A DNA stretch of 64,000 nt from Candidatus Latescibacterota bacterium. GTDB taxonomy: Bacteria > Latescibacterota > UBA2968 > UBA8231. The notes below the pieces were generated by a model that made no database searches, was not told where the DNA came from, and saw nothing but the letters and a program-made list of their open reading frames with translations. How positions within the stretch are numbered: position 1 is the first letter of the stretch; the number at the start of each line of letters is the position of its first letter. The position numbers were made by a program, and so were the translations under genes. This document shows positions 27,562 through 37,019 of this stretch, piece by piece. The stretch spans positions 416,001-480,000 of the forward strand of contig OZ220089.1 of assembly GCA_964291625.2 (NCBI GenBank), written 5' to 3'.

Positions 27562-28746
27562 TCAGTGGTGGAAGAGGCGGACGCCGGAGAACACCATGGT
27601 CATGCCGTAGCCGTCGGCGGCGGCGATCACCTCGTCGTCCTTCACGGAGCCGCCCGGCTGGACCACGTGCTCCACGCCGGAGCGGCTGGCGCGGTCGATG
27701 TTGTCCCGGAAGGGGAAGAAGGCGTCGGAGCTGAGGGCCACCCCGCGCACGTTGTCGAGCCACGCCCGCCGGTCCCGCGCCGACAGGCGTTCGGGCACCA
27801 CGCGGAAGCACTCGCGCCAGGCCGCCTCCTCCGGGCCGGAGAGCTCGTCCTCGAAGAACAGATCGATGGCGTTGTCCTTGTCGGCGCGCCGCAGCCCCCC
27901 GCGGAACTTCAGACCCCGCACCGCCGGGTGCTGGCGCAGGTGCCAGCGGTCGGCCTTGCCGCAGGCGAGGCGCACGCAGTGGATGCGCGACTGCTGGCCG
28001 GCGCCGGCGCCGGCGACCTGGCCGTCGACGGCGCAGACCACCGAGTTCGACTGGGTGTACTTGACGGCGATGGTGGCCACCGTGAGGTCGCGCCGGGCCT
28101 CGTCGGACAACTGCTTGCGGGCCGTCACCACGTTGGCGAACAGCACCGCGTCGGGCACGAAGTCGTTGCGCGGCTGCTGAAGGGTGACGCCGAAGACCTG
28201 GCGCGACTCCAGGGCCCGCGGCTCGTACCCGGCGTCGACCTCCAGGAGCTTGTAGTCGCCGCCCTTCTTCCCCTTCAGCAGCTCCACCGCGCCCGCCTCG
28301 AAGCCGGGGGCGACGAGGCCGTCGGACATCTCGCGACGGATCACCTCCGCCGTGGACAGGTCGAGGGGATCACTGACGGCGATCCAGTCGCCGAAGGAGG
28401 CGAGGCGGTCGGCGCCGCGGGCTCGGGCGTAGGCGCAGGCCAGGGGGCTCAGCTCCGCCTCCTCCGGGACGAACAGCGCCTGCCGCAGTCCGGCGGACAG
28501 GGGCAGGCCCACGGCGGCGCCGGCGGGGCTCAGGTGCTTGAAGGAGGCCGCCGCGGGCAAGCCGGTAGCCGCCTTCAGCTCGCGCACCAGCTGCCAGGCG
28601 TTTAGGGCGTCGAGGAGATTGATGTAGCTCGGCGCGTTGTGGACCACCCGCAGTGGCAGGTCCCCGCCTTCGAGGAAGCAGCGGGCTCCCGTCTGGTGCG
28701 GGTTGCAGCCATAGCGCATCCCGAGTTCGCCGGTCATCTCCGCCAC
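27562..28746 (-). CDS. purH: AICAR transformylase (short PurH lacking the N-terminal IMP cyclohydrolase domain)
   Basis: RYGCNPHQ, SYINLLD, SFKHLSP, KYTQSNS, SDAFFPFRD, QPGGS, RLFHH. Confidence 0.88.
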   Translation of the reverse strand: MAEMTGELGMRYGCNPHQTGARCFLEGGDLPLRVVHNAPSYINLLDALNAWQLVRELKAATGLPAAASFKHLSPAGAAVGLPLSAGLRQALFVPEEAELSPLACAYARARGADRLASFGDWIAVSDPLDLSTAEVIRREMSDGLVAPGFEAGAVELLKGKKGGDYKLLEVDAGYEPRALESRQVFGVTLQQPRNDFVPDAVLFANVVTARKQLSDEARRDLTVATIAVKYTQSNSVVCAVDGQVAGAGAGQQSRIHCVRLACGKADRWHLRQHPAVRGLKFRGGLRRADKDNAIDLFFEDELSGPEEAAWRECFRVVPERLSARDRRAWLDNVRGVALSSDAFFPFRDNIDRASRSGVEHVVQPGGSVKDDEVIAAADGYGMTMVFSGVRLFHH

Positions 28747-28758
28747 CCGCGCTCTTCA

Positions 28759-28787
28759 TTGACACTGTATGGAGCGGCTTCTATCAT
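28759..28787 (+). promoter_or_regulatory. Sigma70 promoter of dapAB
   Basis: TTGACA-17 nt-TATCAT. Confidence 0.7.
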
Positions 28788-28842
28788 GCCGCTACACACT
28801 CGCCACAATCCCTCCTCCCCGCAAGACAGGCTCGCCCCACTG

Positions 28843-29880
28843 ATGATCAAAGGTTGCTACACCGCCATCGTCACGCCGATGCGCGAAGACGGGAGCGTCG
28901 ACTACGAGGGACTCGAGCGGCTCCTCGAGTTCCAGATCGCCAACGGCATCGACGGCATCGTCGCCGTGGGCACCACGGGTGAGAGCCCGACCCTGTTGTG
29001 GGAGGAGCACAACGAGGTCATCGAGCGCACCTGCCGGACGACGAAGGGCCGCTGCAAGTCGATGGCGGGCACCGGCAGCAACTCCACGCGGGAGACCCTG
29101 GCCGGCACCGCCCATGCGGCTCACGCCGGCGCCGACAGCGTGCTCCTCGTCGACCCCTACTACAACGGCCCCAGCTCGGTGGAGATCCGCCGCGAGTACG
29201 TGGCCCCGGTGGCGGCCGAGTTCCCCGAGTTGCCCATGGTCCCCTACATCATCCCCGGGCGGACGGGCACGATGATGCACCCCGAGGACCTGGCCATCCT
29301 CTACGAGGAGCATCCCAACGTCTCGGCGGTGAAGGAGGCCACCGCCGACTACGAGAACATGGCGAAGACGCGGCGCCTCTGCGGCCCCGGCTTCAGCATC
29401 ATGTCCGGCGACGACGACCGCACCGTGGAGATGATGAAGCGCCAGGAGATCGCCGCCGCCGGGGTGATCTCGGTCATGGCCAACGTCGTTCCGGGCCCGA
29501 TCACCCGCATGACCCGCGCCCTCGCCGCGGGCGAGACGGAGCTGGCCGACAAGCTGGCCGGGGACCTGCAGCCGATCTTCGGCATCGTCGGCGTCGCCAC
29601 CACCGAGCAGAGCTCCCGGGGCCCTGTGGAGTGCAAGGCCCGCAACCCGGTGCCCATCAAGACGCTGATGAACCTCCTCGGCATGCCCTCCGGCCCGTGC
29701 CGCCAGCCCCTGGGCCGCCTCACCCCCGGGGGGGCGGAGGTGGTCGTCGGCGCCGCCCTGCGGGTTTGGCGCAACGACCCGTCCCTGCTGGCGCCGGTGG
29801 GAGAGGCCTTCGGCGTCGACGTCGAGGCCCGGCTCCACGACGCGGCGGCGGTGGCAGCCCTCGTCTACGGCGAGTACTGA
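28843..29880 (+). CDS. dapA: 4-hydroxy-tetrahydrodipicolinate synthase
   Basis: GTTGES, PYYN, YxIPGRT, KEA, SGDD, NPVPIK. Confidence 0.92.
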   Translation: MIKGCYTAIVTPMREDGSVDYEGLERLLEFQIANGIDGIVAVGTTGESPTLLWEEHNEVIERTCRTTKGRCKSMAGTGSNSTRETLAGTAHAAHAGADSVLLVDPYYNGPSSVEIRREYVAPVAAEFPELPMVPYIIPGRTGTMMHPEDLAILYEEHPNVSAVKEATADYENMAKTRRLCGPGFSIMSGDDDRTVEMMKRQEIAAAGVISVMANVVPGPITRMTRALAAGETELADKLAGDLQPIFGIVGVATTEQSSRGPVECKARNPVPIKTLMNLLGMPSGPCRQPLGRLTPGGAEVVVGAALRVWRNDPSLLAPVGEAFGVDVEARLHDAAAVAALVYGEY

Positions 29881-30677
29881 TGGCGACCCGCATCGCCGTC
29901 TGCGGTCTCGCCGGCCGCATGGGCCAGCGCCTGGGTCACCTCGTCCTCGACGCCGGCGACCTGGAGCTGGCCGCCGCCAGCGAGCGGCCGGGCCACGAGT
30001 GGCTGGGGCGCGACGCCGGCGAGGTCCTCGGCCGCGGGTCTCTCGGCGTGAGCCTTCAGCCGGCCATCGCCGCGGCCGAGGCCGACGTGGTCGTCGCCTT
30101 CACCACCCCCGAGGCCACCCTCGCCGACGCCGCGGCCAGCGCCGCCGCCGGCACCGCCATGGTGGTGGGCACCACCGGCATGTCGGGGGACCAGCTGGAC
30201 GAGTTCCGCTCCGCCGTGGCCCCCGTCGCCTGCGTCTTCGCCCCCAACTTCTCCACCGCCATGAACCTCCTCTTCAAGCTCGTGGAGGAGGCGGCCCTCG
30301 TCCTGGGAGACGACTACGACATCGAGGTCGTGGAGGCCCATCACCGGCACAAGGTCGACGCCCCGAGCGGCTCGGCCCTGCGCCTGGCCGAACGGGCCGC
30401 GGCCGGCGTCGGGCGCAACCTCGAGGAGGTCGCCGTCCATGGCCGCGAAGGGGTGACCGGCGAGCGCACGCGCAAGGAGATCGGCATGCACGCCCTGAGG
30501 CTGGGCGACCTCGCCGGCGATCACTCCGTGTTCTACGGCGCCGCGGGGGAGTACCTGGAGTTGCGCCATCACGCCACCAGCCGCGACGCCTTCGCCCTCG
30601 GGGCCCTGCGGGCGGCGCGCTTCGCCGCCGCCGCCGAGCCGGGGCTCTACGACATGGGGGACGTGCTGGGGTTGTAG
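29880..30677 (+). CDS. dapB: 4-hydroxy-tetrahydrodipicolinate reductase
   Basis: GRMG, VGTTG, APNFS, EAHHRHKVDAPSGSA. Confidence 0.95.
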   Translation: MATRIAVCGLAGRMGQRLGHLVLDAGDLELAAASERPGHEWLGRDAGEVLGRGSLGVSLQPAIAAAEADVVVAFTTPEATLADAAASAAAGTAMVVGTTGMSGDQLDEFRSAVAPVACVFAPNFSTAMNLLFKLVEEAALVLGDDYDIEVVEAHHRHKVDAPSGSALRLAERAAAGVGRNLEEVAVHGREGVTGERTRKEIGMHALRLGDLAGDHSVFYGAAGEYLELRHHATSRDAFALGALRAARFAAAAEPGLYDMGDVLGL

Positions 30678-30708
30678 GGTCCGGCGCCGTAGCCGCGCCG
30701 CCGGACCT

Positions 30709-31506
30709 TCAGGAGGTGGAGGGGCTGCGCTCGGGGGTGGGGTTGAGGAAGGCGGGCCTCAGGGTGCGCAGCTTGTCGCGCAGGCGTGCCGCCTCCTCGA
30801 AGTTCTCGGCTTCCACGGCCACGTGGAGGTCGCGCTCCAGCTGCTCCTTCTGCGACAGGGGGCGCTCCTTCTCCAGCTCCTCGTACCAGTCGGACAGGAA
30901 GGTCAGCTCGGGGCAGTCCTCGTCCATCACGTCCTCCTCCCCCTCCCACTCGCCGAGGAACTGCTCGATGCGGTCGATGCCGCGCTGCACGTGGCGCAGG
31001 GCGGCGTCGTAGTCCTTGGCCTCGAGGGCGGCCATGGCCCGGGCCCGGGCCTGCATCATCACCGCGTGGGGCAGGTACTGCTCGAAGTACCACTTGACCT
31101 CGTCGCTGTCGGCGTGCTCGTGGACGAGATCGAAGATGGCCAGGTTGTGACCGGTGTCGCGCTCCACGCCTTCGAAGTCCTCCAGGTAGAACAGGGCGAG
31201 ATAGCGCTGGTAGTACTGCCAGGCTTCCTGGAAGAGGTCCTCGCAGCTCTGCTCGTCGAGCTCGGGACCGCTCCTGGGCAGGGAGCCGGGGCGGCTCCTC
31301 AGGGACTGGCGGAAGTGATGGAGGAAGGACTCGGCGCCGTGGGGCCGGTGTCCGTCGGGGCGGCCGGAGACGTCGAGCTGGAGGACCCCCATGTCGATGC
31401 GGATCTGGATCTTCTCCGTGCCGTCCCGGGCGGTGATCCGGCGGGCGATGAACTCGTCCGGGTCGAAGGGCCACGAATTGAGCAGGTCACCGATGTCGTA
31501 TTTCAT
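30709..31506 (-). CDS. UVR (UvrB/UvrC motif) domain protein
   Basis: C-terminal LHVAVEAENFEEAARLRD; conserved-looking N-terminal KIQIRIDMGVLQL..GRPDG; AAGGGGG RBS. Confidence 0.75.
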   Translation of the reverse strand: MKYDIGDLLNSWPFDPDEFIARRITARDGTEKIQIRIDMGVLQLDVSGRPDGHRPHGAESFLHHFRQSLRSRPGSLPRSGPELDEQSCEDLFQEAWQYYQRYLALFYLEDFEGVERDTGHNLAIFDLVHEHADSDEVKWYFEQYLPHAVMMQARARAMAALEAKDYDAALRHVQRGIDRIEQFLGEWEGEEDVMDEDCPELTFLSDWYEELEKERPLSQKEQLERDLHVAVEAENFEEAARLRDKLRTLRPAFLNPTPERSPSTS

Positions 31507-31583
31507 GGCCCCCCTTCGGCTCGGGTCCGCCAGAATATAACCTCGGGTCCAGCCCTTCGCTACATGGGGGAGGGGCTTTCCCG

Positions 31584-33116
31584 CTACCGCCGGGAGACCT
31601 TGATGCTGCCTACGGCGACGCCGATGACGAGGGCGATGACGGCGGCGATGATCAGGGCGTTGCGGACCACCCGGGCCCGCTCCTCCACGCGGATGGTGAT
31701 GTCCTTCTCCTGGGCCTCGATGCGCTCCGGGCCCTCGTACCCGGCGGCCTCGACGCGCACGTCGTACTCGCTGACGCCGATGCCGGCGGGCTGCACGAGG
31801 GTGATGTTCACCGGCTCCTTCTCCCCCGGCAGGATGCGGTCGATCGTGTCGGGCTCGGAGGACCAGGTCCAGTCGAGGGGCGGGGTCAGCACCAGGTGCA
31901 CCCTCTCCACCTCCAGGGTCCCCGTGTTGAGCAGGTCGACGCGCACCTTCACCTCCTCGCCCGTGCGCACCTCCTGGTAGCGGTTGGCGATGAGGGTTTC
32001 GAGGGCGCCCCGGCCCCGGGGGATGAGCTCGAAGCGCTCCTTGTTCCCGGGGATCGTGTTGATCTCCTCCAGGGGAATGGGGCCGCGGTGCTTGCGGTTC
32101 AGCTCTCCGATGCGCTCGAAGCCGGCGGCCTCGGTGACGAAGACGTAGAACTCGATCGTCTGGTCGACGTAACCGCGGCTGAGCTTCTCGGGGATCTGCA
32201 GCTCCAGCTCCAGCTGCTGGCGCGTGACCTCCTCGCTGAACTTCACCTGCGTCAGGTTGGCGTTGGTCCCCGGGTCGACGAAGGCGGGGGTGATCTCCCG
32301 CGGCAGGTTGACCAGGGCCAGGCGGAAGGTCTTCTCGTCCTCGGCGAGACGCTCGAGGATGAGGTCGAAGTTGACCCGCGTGTTGAGGTCGCCCTCCTGG
32401 GAGAACTGGACCGAGTTGATCGTCGGCAGGTCCTGGCTCGACTCCCGGCGCATGACGATGTGCAGGAGCTCCTTGCTGCCGTCGAGGTAGGTGAGGTCGA
32501 CGACCACGTCCTCGTAGTCTTGGAGCAGCCGGAAGGTGAGCCGCGTGCCCTCGCCCAGGGGCAGGGAGGGCACGAGGATCTCGTAGGGCTCGGCGACGAT
32601 CGTTCCCAGGCGCTCGGTGAGGGAGACCTTGAGGTTCTGGATCTCCAGCAGGGGCCGGATCTCGCTCTCCTCGCGGTCGGGGTTGAGCGACAGGGCCTGG
32701 TCGAGCTGGGAGGCGTTCTCGAGGACGATGTCGACCTGGCGGCGGCCGTCGAGGGTGCGGTACTTGCGGGCCTCGCGGATGGTGACGCGGGTGGCGTCCT
32801 TGAGGAACTCGAGGCGCGTGCGGTCGAGCTGGAAGACCGCCTCGCTGTACTTCAGCTCCGAGTGCAGGAAGGCGCGCCGGGCTTTGTTCAGGCTCTCGAG
32901 GGTCTCGATCTTCTCGTCGTAGAGCTCCTGGATGATGTCGTACTCGCTCTTGTTGTTGTCCATCTCCAGCTTGCGGCTCTCCACCTCCCACTGCGCCTTG
33001 CGCAGCTTGATGTCGTAGAGGCGCTGCTCCTTGGTGCGCAGGTCCTTGGTCGCCGCCAGGGGCGAGGCCAGGAGGCCGAGGAGGAAGGCGCCCAGACAGG
33101 CGCGGGCGGCGGTCAT
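31584..33116 (-). CDS. Exported coiled-coil + NEW3/Ig-like protein with C-terminal TM anchor (paralog B)
   Basis: Signal peptide, N-terminal heptads, LNTGT..PPLDW..I..GE NEW3-like pattern, terminal TM + SRR. Confidence 0.75.
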   Translation of the reverse strand: MTAARACLGAFLLGLLASPLAATKDLRTKEQRLYDIKLRKAQWEVESRKLEMDNNKSEYDIIQELYDEKIETLESLNKARRAFLHSELKYSEAVFQLDRTRLEFLKDATRVTIREARKYRTLDGRRQVDIVLENASQLDQALSLNPDREESEIRPLLEIQNLKVSLTERLGTIVAEPYEILVPSLPLGEGTRLTFRLLQDYEDVVVDLTYLDGSKELLHIVMRRESSQDLPTINSVQFSQEGDLNTRVNFDLILERLAEDEKTFRLALVNLPREITPAFVDPGTNANLTQVKFSEEVTRQQLELELQIPEKLSRGYVDQTIEFYVFVTEAAGFERIGELNRKHRGPIPLEEINTIPGNKERFELIPRGRGALETLIANRYQEVRTGEEVKVRVDLLNTGTLEVERVHLVLTPPLDWTWSSEPDTIDRILPGEKEPVNITLVQPAGIGVSEYDVRVEAAGYEGPERIEAQEKDITIRVEERARVVRNALIIAAVIALVIGVAVGSIKVSRR

Positions 33117-34633
33117 CGGCGGCTGATCCGGACGCTGGCCACGCCGATGCCGACGACGAGGAGCACGAGGATGCCGATGAGGATGACGTTTCCGGCGATG
33201 TTCGATCGCGCCCCCACGTGGATGGTCAGGTTCTTCTCCAGGGACTCCACGTTCTCGTTGCCCACCTGGCCCTGGGCCTCGACGCCGAGCTCGTAGTTGC
33301 CCACGGCGATGTCGGGGGGCGGCCGGGCGACGATGTCGAGGGGCGCGCGCTCTTCGGGCTCCAGGCGCTTGATGAGGGTGGGCGTCACCTCCTCCTGCCA
33401 CTGGTAGGGCAGGTCGAGGGCGGCCTTGATGTTCTGCACCGCCACGCTGCCGCGGTTGAGGAACTCGACGCGGATGTTCAGCTCGTCGCCGGTCTGGATC
33501 TCCCGGTAGGTGTTGGAGACGAGGACCTCGAGCTTGCCGATGCCCTTGGGGATGAGCTCGAGCTCGACGTAGTTGGCCCGCAGGGCGCTCACCTCCTCCT
33601 CCGGCACCGGGTCGTCGCCGTAGCGCGCCCGGATGGCGTTGATGCGGGCGTACTCGCGCGGCTCGGTGACCAGGGCGAAGAAGGGGCGCGCCAGGCCCAC
33701 CAGGTCGCGGTCGAGCTTCTCGGGGATCTCGAGGACGAGGCCGAGGGTGTCCTTGGACTTGGTCTCGTCGAACTTCACCTGGTTGACCTTGGCGCCGGCG
33801 TTGCGGAAGGAGTGGTCGATCTTGCGCGGCAGGCCGAGGACGGCGAGGGCGAAGCTGCGCTCCTCGTCGGAGAGGCGCTCGAGGATGAGGTCGAAGCGCA
33901 CGTCCTGCTGCAGCTCGCCCGACTGCGAGAACTGGGCGGAGTTGATGCTCGGCAGATTCTCGCGCCCGCCCTTGCGCAGGGTGACGGGGATGCTCTCCAG
34001 GGCGTCAAGGTAGCCGAGGACCACGGCCACCGCCTCCTCGTCGCGCAGGAGGCGGAAGGTCAGGGTGCGCCGCTCGCCCACGTCGAGGGCGGGGACGCGG
34101 GTCTCGTAGGGCTCGCCCACGAGGGGCCCGTTCTCCAGGGAGACGAAGATGTTCTCCACGCGCAGCAGGATGCGCAGATCCTCCTCGGTGAGGGAGGGAT
34201 CGACGACGAGGGCGTCGCCCGTGTCGGAGGCGTTCTCGACGACGATGTCGACCATGCTCTTGCCGTCGGGGCTCTTGTACTTGCGGGCGTCGCGCACGAC
34301 GATATGGGTGGCGTTGCGCAGCAGGTCGAGCTTGGTCTCCTCCAGCAGGATCTCGGCCTCCTCCTTCTGCAGCCGCGCCTCGGCGTAGCTGTTCTGCGCC
34401 TGCTTGTAGGTGAGGAGGGGCACGAAGCCCGAGTCGTGGAGGGCCCGCGTGAGCCGCAGTTCCTCCAGGGCCTGCTCGAGGCTGGTGCGGCGCTGGTCCA
34501 GCTGCAGCTGGCGCTCGTCGAGCTGCAGCTTGTCGAGCTGCTGCTGGCGCGTGAGGCCGGCGCCCCCGGGAGCCGCGGCGGCCTGCGCGGCGAGGAGCAG
34601 GAACCCGGCCAGCAGCGGGAACTTCGCCCTCAT
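33113..34633 (-). CDS. Exported coiled-coil + NEW3/Ig-like protein with C-terminal TM anchor (paralog A)
   Basis: Same architecture; clear paralogy to 31584-33116; ATGA overlaps with both neighbours. Confidence 0.75.
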   Translation of the reverse strand: MRAKFPLLAGFLLLAAQAAAAPGGAGLTRQQQLDKLQLDERQLQLDQRRTSLEQALEELRLTRALHDSGFVPLLTYKQAQNSYAEARLQKEEAEILLEETKLDLLRNATHIVVRDARKYKSPDGKSMVDIVVENASDTGDALVVDPSLTEEDLRILLRVENIFVSLENGPLVGEPYETRVPALDVGERRTLTFRLLRDEEAVAVVLGYLDALESIPVTLRKGGRENLPSINSAQFSQSGELQQDVRFDLILERLSDEERSFALAVLGLPRKIDHSFRNAGAKVNQVKFDETKSKDTLGLVLEIPEKLDRDLVGLARPFFALVTEPREYARINAIRARYGDDPVPEEEVSALRANYVELELIPKGIGKLEVLVSNTYREIQTGDELNIRVEFLNRGSVAVQNIKAALDLPYQWQEEVTPTLIKRLEPEERAPLDIVARPPPDIAVGNYELGVEAQGQVGNENVESLEKNLTIHVGARSNIAGNVILIGILVLLVVGIGVASVRISRR

Positions 34634-36027
34634 TCGACGTACCCCATCAGCCGCCGCAACGCGGCCTGGCGCGAGATGTAGGTCTCCTGGTTCCGGAACA
34701 GCTCTTCCTGGGCGGAGAAGAACTGCTGCCGGAAGTTCTCCAGCACCGCCTCGTCCACCTGCCCTCCCTTCTCCTGGACCTGCTGCTTGATCTCCAGCCG
34801 CCGGCGGGCGATGACCACGCTCTTCTCCTGCAGCCGCTGGGTCTCCTCGGCCTCGAGCATCGACTGGTAGGCCTGGCGCACGCCCAGCTCCACCGAGGCC
34901 CTGAGGTCGCGCAGCTGCACCTGCAGGCCCTGCAGCCGGGCGCGCTCGAGGCCCTCGCGGCCCAGGCGGGCGCCGCCCTCGAAGATGGGGATGCGCGCCT
35001 GCACGCGGGCCGACCAGGCCGCTTCGCCCGCGTCCTCGGGCGTGTCCGCCTCGTCGAGGGTGAGGCCGGTCTCCACACCGACGCCCCAGGTGCCGCCCTC
35101 GCGGCCGACGGTGAGGCCCGCCCGGCGGCGGCCGTCGCCGACGCCGGCGTCGGCGCTCAGGTCGGGGGCGTACTCCCAGCCGATCTCGCGCAGGACCCGC
35201 CGCTGCTCGTCGAGGAGCTGCTCGGTGACGCCGATCTCCACGTCGTGAACGAGGGCCCGGCCCACGGCCTCGTCCTGGTCGACGGCGAAGGGCTCCAGCT
35301 CGCCGCCGAGCCGCAGGTCGAGGCCGATGGGGCGGCCGATGAGGCGCAGGAGCTCCATCTTGTCGCGCAGCTGCTCGCGCCGGATGCGGTTGATGCTGAG
35401 CTCCTCCTCCAGGACGTTGAGCTCGGCCTGGAGCTTCTGCTCCTCGGAGGCGAGGCGCTTCTCGAAGCGGGCCTGCTGACGCGCGAAGGTGGCCTCGAAG
35501 TTCTGCCGCGAGGCGACGCGCAGGGCGATCTGCTGGTCCTTGAGCAGAATCAGGTGATAGAGCTCCCAGACGCGGGCGCTGACCTCGTAGACCTTGTCCT
35601 GGTAGTCGAAGACGGCCTTGCGCAGATCGGCGCGCAGCTGGATCTCGGAAGCGGCGTCGGGGCCGAACTCGAAGAGGCGCTGCTCGAGCAGCAGCTCGCT
35701 GGCCAGCTGGTCGCGGGTGGTGGCGTCGCCCTCGGCGCGCAGGGCGTCGTACCCGGCGGTGAGGCTCACCCGCGGCATCAGGCGGGAGCGGACGACGACG
35801 GCGTCGCTCTCGACCTCCTCGACGCGCTTGCGCGCGCGGATCAGCTCGCGGTTGTGGGAGAAGGCCGCCGCGAGGCAGTCGGCCAGGCCGAGGGGCGCCG
35901 CCCCGGCGGTGGAGTCGGGCCGCGCCGGAGGCCCCTCGGCGACGGCGGGACCGAGGGCCGCGGCCACTCCCGCGATGAGAACCGCCGTCCGCAGGTGGAG
36001 GGCCCGGAACGGCGAAAAGGTCAGCAA
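34630..36027 (-). CDS. TolC family outer membrane factor (start uncertain; TTG 36027 or 36033)
   Basis: LADCLAAAFSHN, two repeats of beta-hairpin plus coiled-coil (P..SL, IPIFEGG, VRQAY); the promoter at 36065-36093 argues against the 36216 start. Confidence 0.8.
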   Translation of the reverse strand: MLTFSPFRALHLRTAVLIAGVAAALGPAVAEGPPARPDSTAGAAPLGLADCLAAAFSHNRELIRARKRVEEVESDAVVVRSRLMPRVSLTAGYDALRAEGDATTRDQLASELLLEQRLFEFGPDAASEIQLRADLRKAVFDYQDKVYEVSARVWELYHLILLKDQQIALRVASRQNFEATFARQQARFEKRLASEEQKLQAELNVLEEELSINRIRREQLRDKMELLRLIGRPIGLDLRLGGELEPFAVDQDEAVGRALVHDVEIGVTEQLLDEQRRVLREIGWEYAPDLSADAGVGDGRRRAGLTVGREGGTWGVGVETGLTLDEADTPEDAGEAAWSARVQARIPIFEGGARLGREGLERARLQGLQVQLRDLRASVELGVRQAYQSMLEAEETQRLQEKSVVIARRRLEIKQQVQEKGGQVDEAVLENFRQQFFSAQEELFRNQETYISRQAALRRLMGYVE

Positions 36028-36064
36028 AATCAATAGGTTCCGTAGGGTCTGGCAGATCGCGCTA

Positions 36065-36127
36065 ATCCTACTCGTGAAGGTGGACCATGTCAAGATGGGG
36101 TTGCGTGCAAGCCATTGCTTGACATGG
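36065..36127. promoter_or_regulatory. Divergent promoter region with long inverted repeat
   Basis: CCATGTCAAG (36085-36094) / CTTGACATGG (36118-36127) give back-to-back TTGACA boxes; minus strand TTGACA-17-TAGGAT. Confidence 0.6.
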
Positions 36128-36190
36128 GTCACGTACCCCCCGCACGTTACCCCTGCGAATCGCGGGCCGACTTTTCCCGGAGAGAGGCGA

Positions 36191-36913
36191 ATGCTCGAGA
36201 TCATCGGGATGACCAAGCACTACGGCGACGTCCACGCCGTGAACGACCTCACCCTGACCATCGAGCCGGGCGAGATCTTCACCATGCTCGGAGCCAACGG
36301 CGCCGGCAAGACGACCACCCTCATGGTGGCCCTCGGGTTCACCGAGCCGACGGACGGGACGGTGAAGATCTGCGGCGTCGACGTCACGCGCGACCCGCTC
36401 GAGGCCAAGCGCCACGTGGCCTACGTGTCGGAGAACGTCATGCTCTACGGCAACTTCACGGCCCGCCAGAACCTCGAGTTCTTCACCAAGCTCGGCGGCC
36501 GCAAGGAGGTGGAGGCCTCGGAGTACGACCAGGTCATGGACCGCGTCGGCCTGCAGCGCGACGCCTTCGACCGGCGCGTCAAGGGGTTCTCCAAGGGCAT
36601 GCGCCAGAAGCTCGGCATCGCCATCGCCATCATGAAGAACGCCGAGGTGATCCTCCTCGACGAGCCGACCTCGGGACTGGACCCCAAATCGGGCGCCGAG
36701 TTCCTGCAGCTGCTGGCCGAGCTGCGCGAGGAGAACAAGGCGATCTGGATGACGACCCACGACATCTTCCGGGCCAAGCAGATCGCCGACCGCGTGGGCA
36801 TCATGGTCGAGGGCAACCTGGTGAAGATCTTCACCCGCGACGAGCTCGGGCAGGAGGACCTGGAATCGATCTACGTGGAGTTCGTGAGCCAGCCCGCAGA
36901 GCAGGCGGCCTGA
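36191..36913 (+). CDS. ABC transporter ATP-binding protein
   Basis: GANGAGKTT, FSKGM, ILLDEPTSGLD, TTH; GGAGAGAGG RBS. Confidence 0.92.
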   Translation: MLEIIGMTKHYGDVHAVNDLTLTIEPGEIFTMLGANGAGKTTTLMVALGFTEPTDGTVKICGVDVTRDPLEAKRHVAYVSENVMLYGNFTARQNLEFFTKLGGRKEVEASEYDQVMDRVGLQRDAFDRRVKGFSKGMRQKLGIAIAIMKNAEVILLDEPTSGLDPKSGAEFLQLLAELREENKAIWMTTHDIFRAKQIADRVGIMVEGNLVKIFTRDELGQEDLESIYVEFVSQPAEQAA

Positions 36914-37019
36914 CGGCCGTCGACGCCGCCGGCCGCCGGCCCCGACCCGCCTTGCGCCCCCGTTCCCGCATGTCCCCGGTCAGCGGCGCCCCCGGCGCCG
37001 CGATTCCATCGAGGCTTCC

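Noticed and set aside
28747-28842. ZTP or lysine riboswitch between purH and dapA
   Set aside because: The spacer is under 100 nt, mostly occupied by a promoter, with no recognisable aptamer
30709-31506. UVR-domain gene as part of the TolC/NEW3 system
   Set aside because: Cytoplasmic, separated by a spacer with its own -10-like TATATT and RBS; no evidence of a functional link
36028-36216. N-terminal extension of TolC given by the ORF track
   Set aside because: It would overlap the divergent ATPase gene and the promoter; a later TTG start fits a signal peptide better
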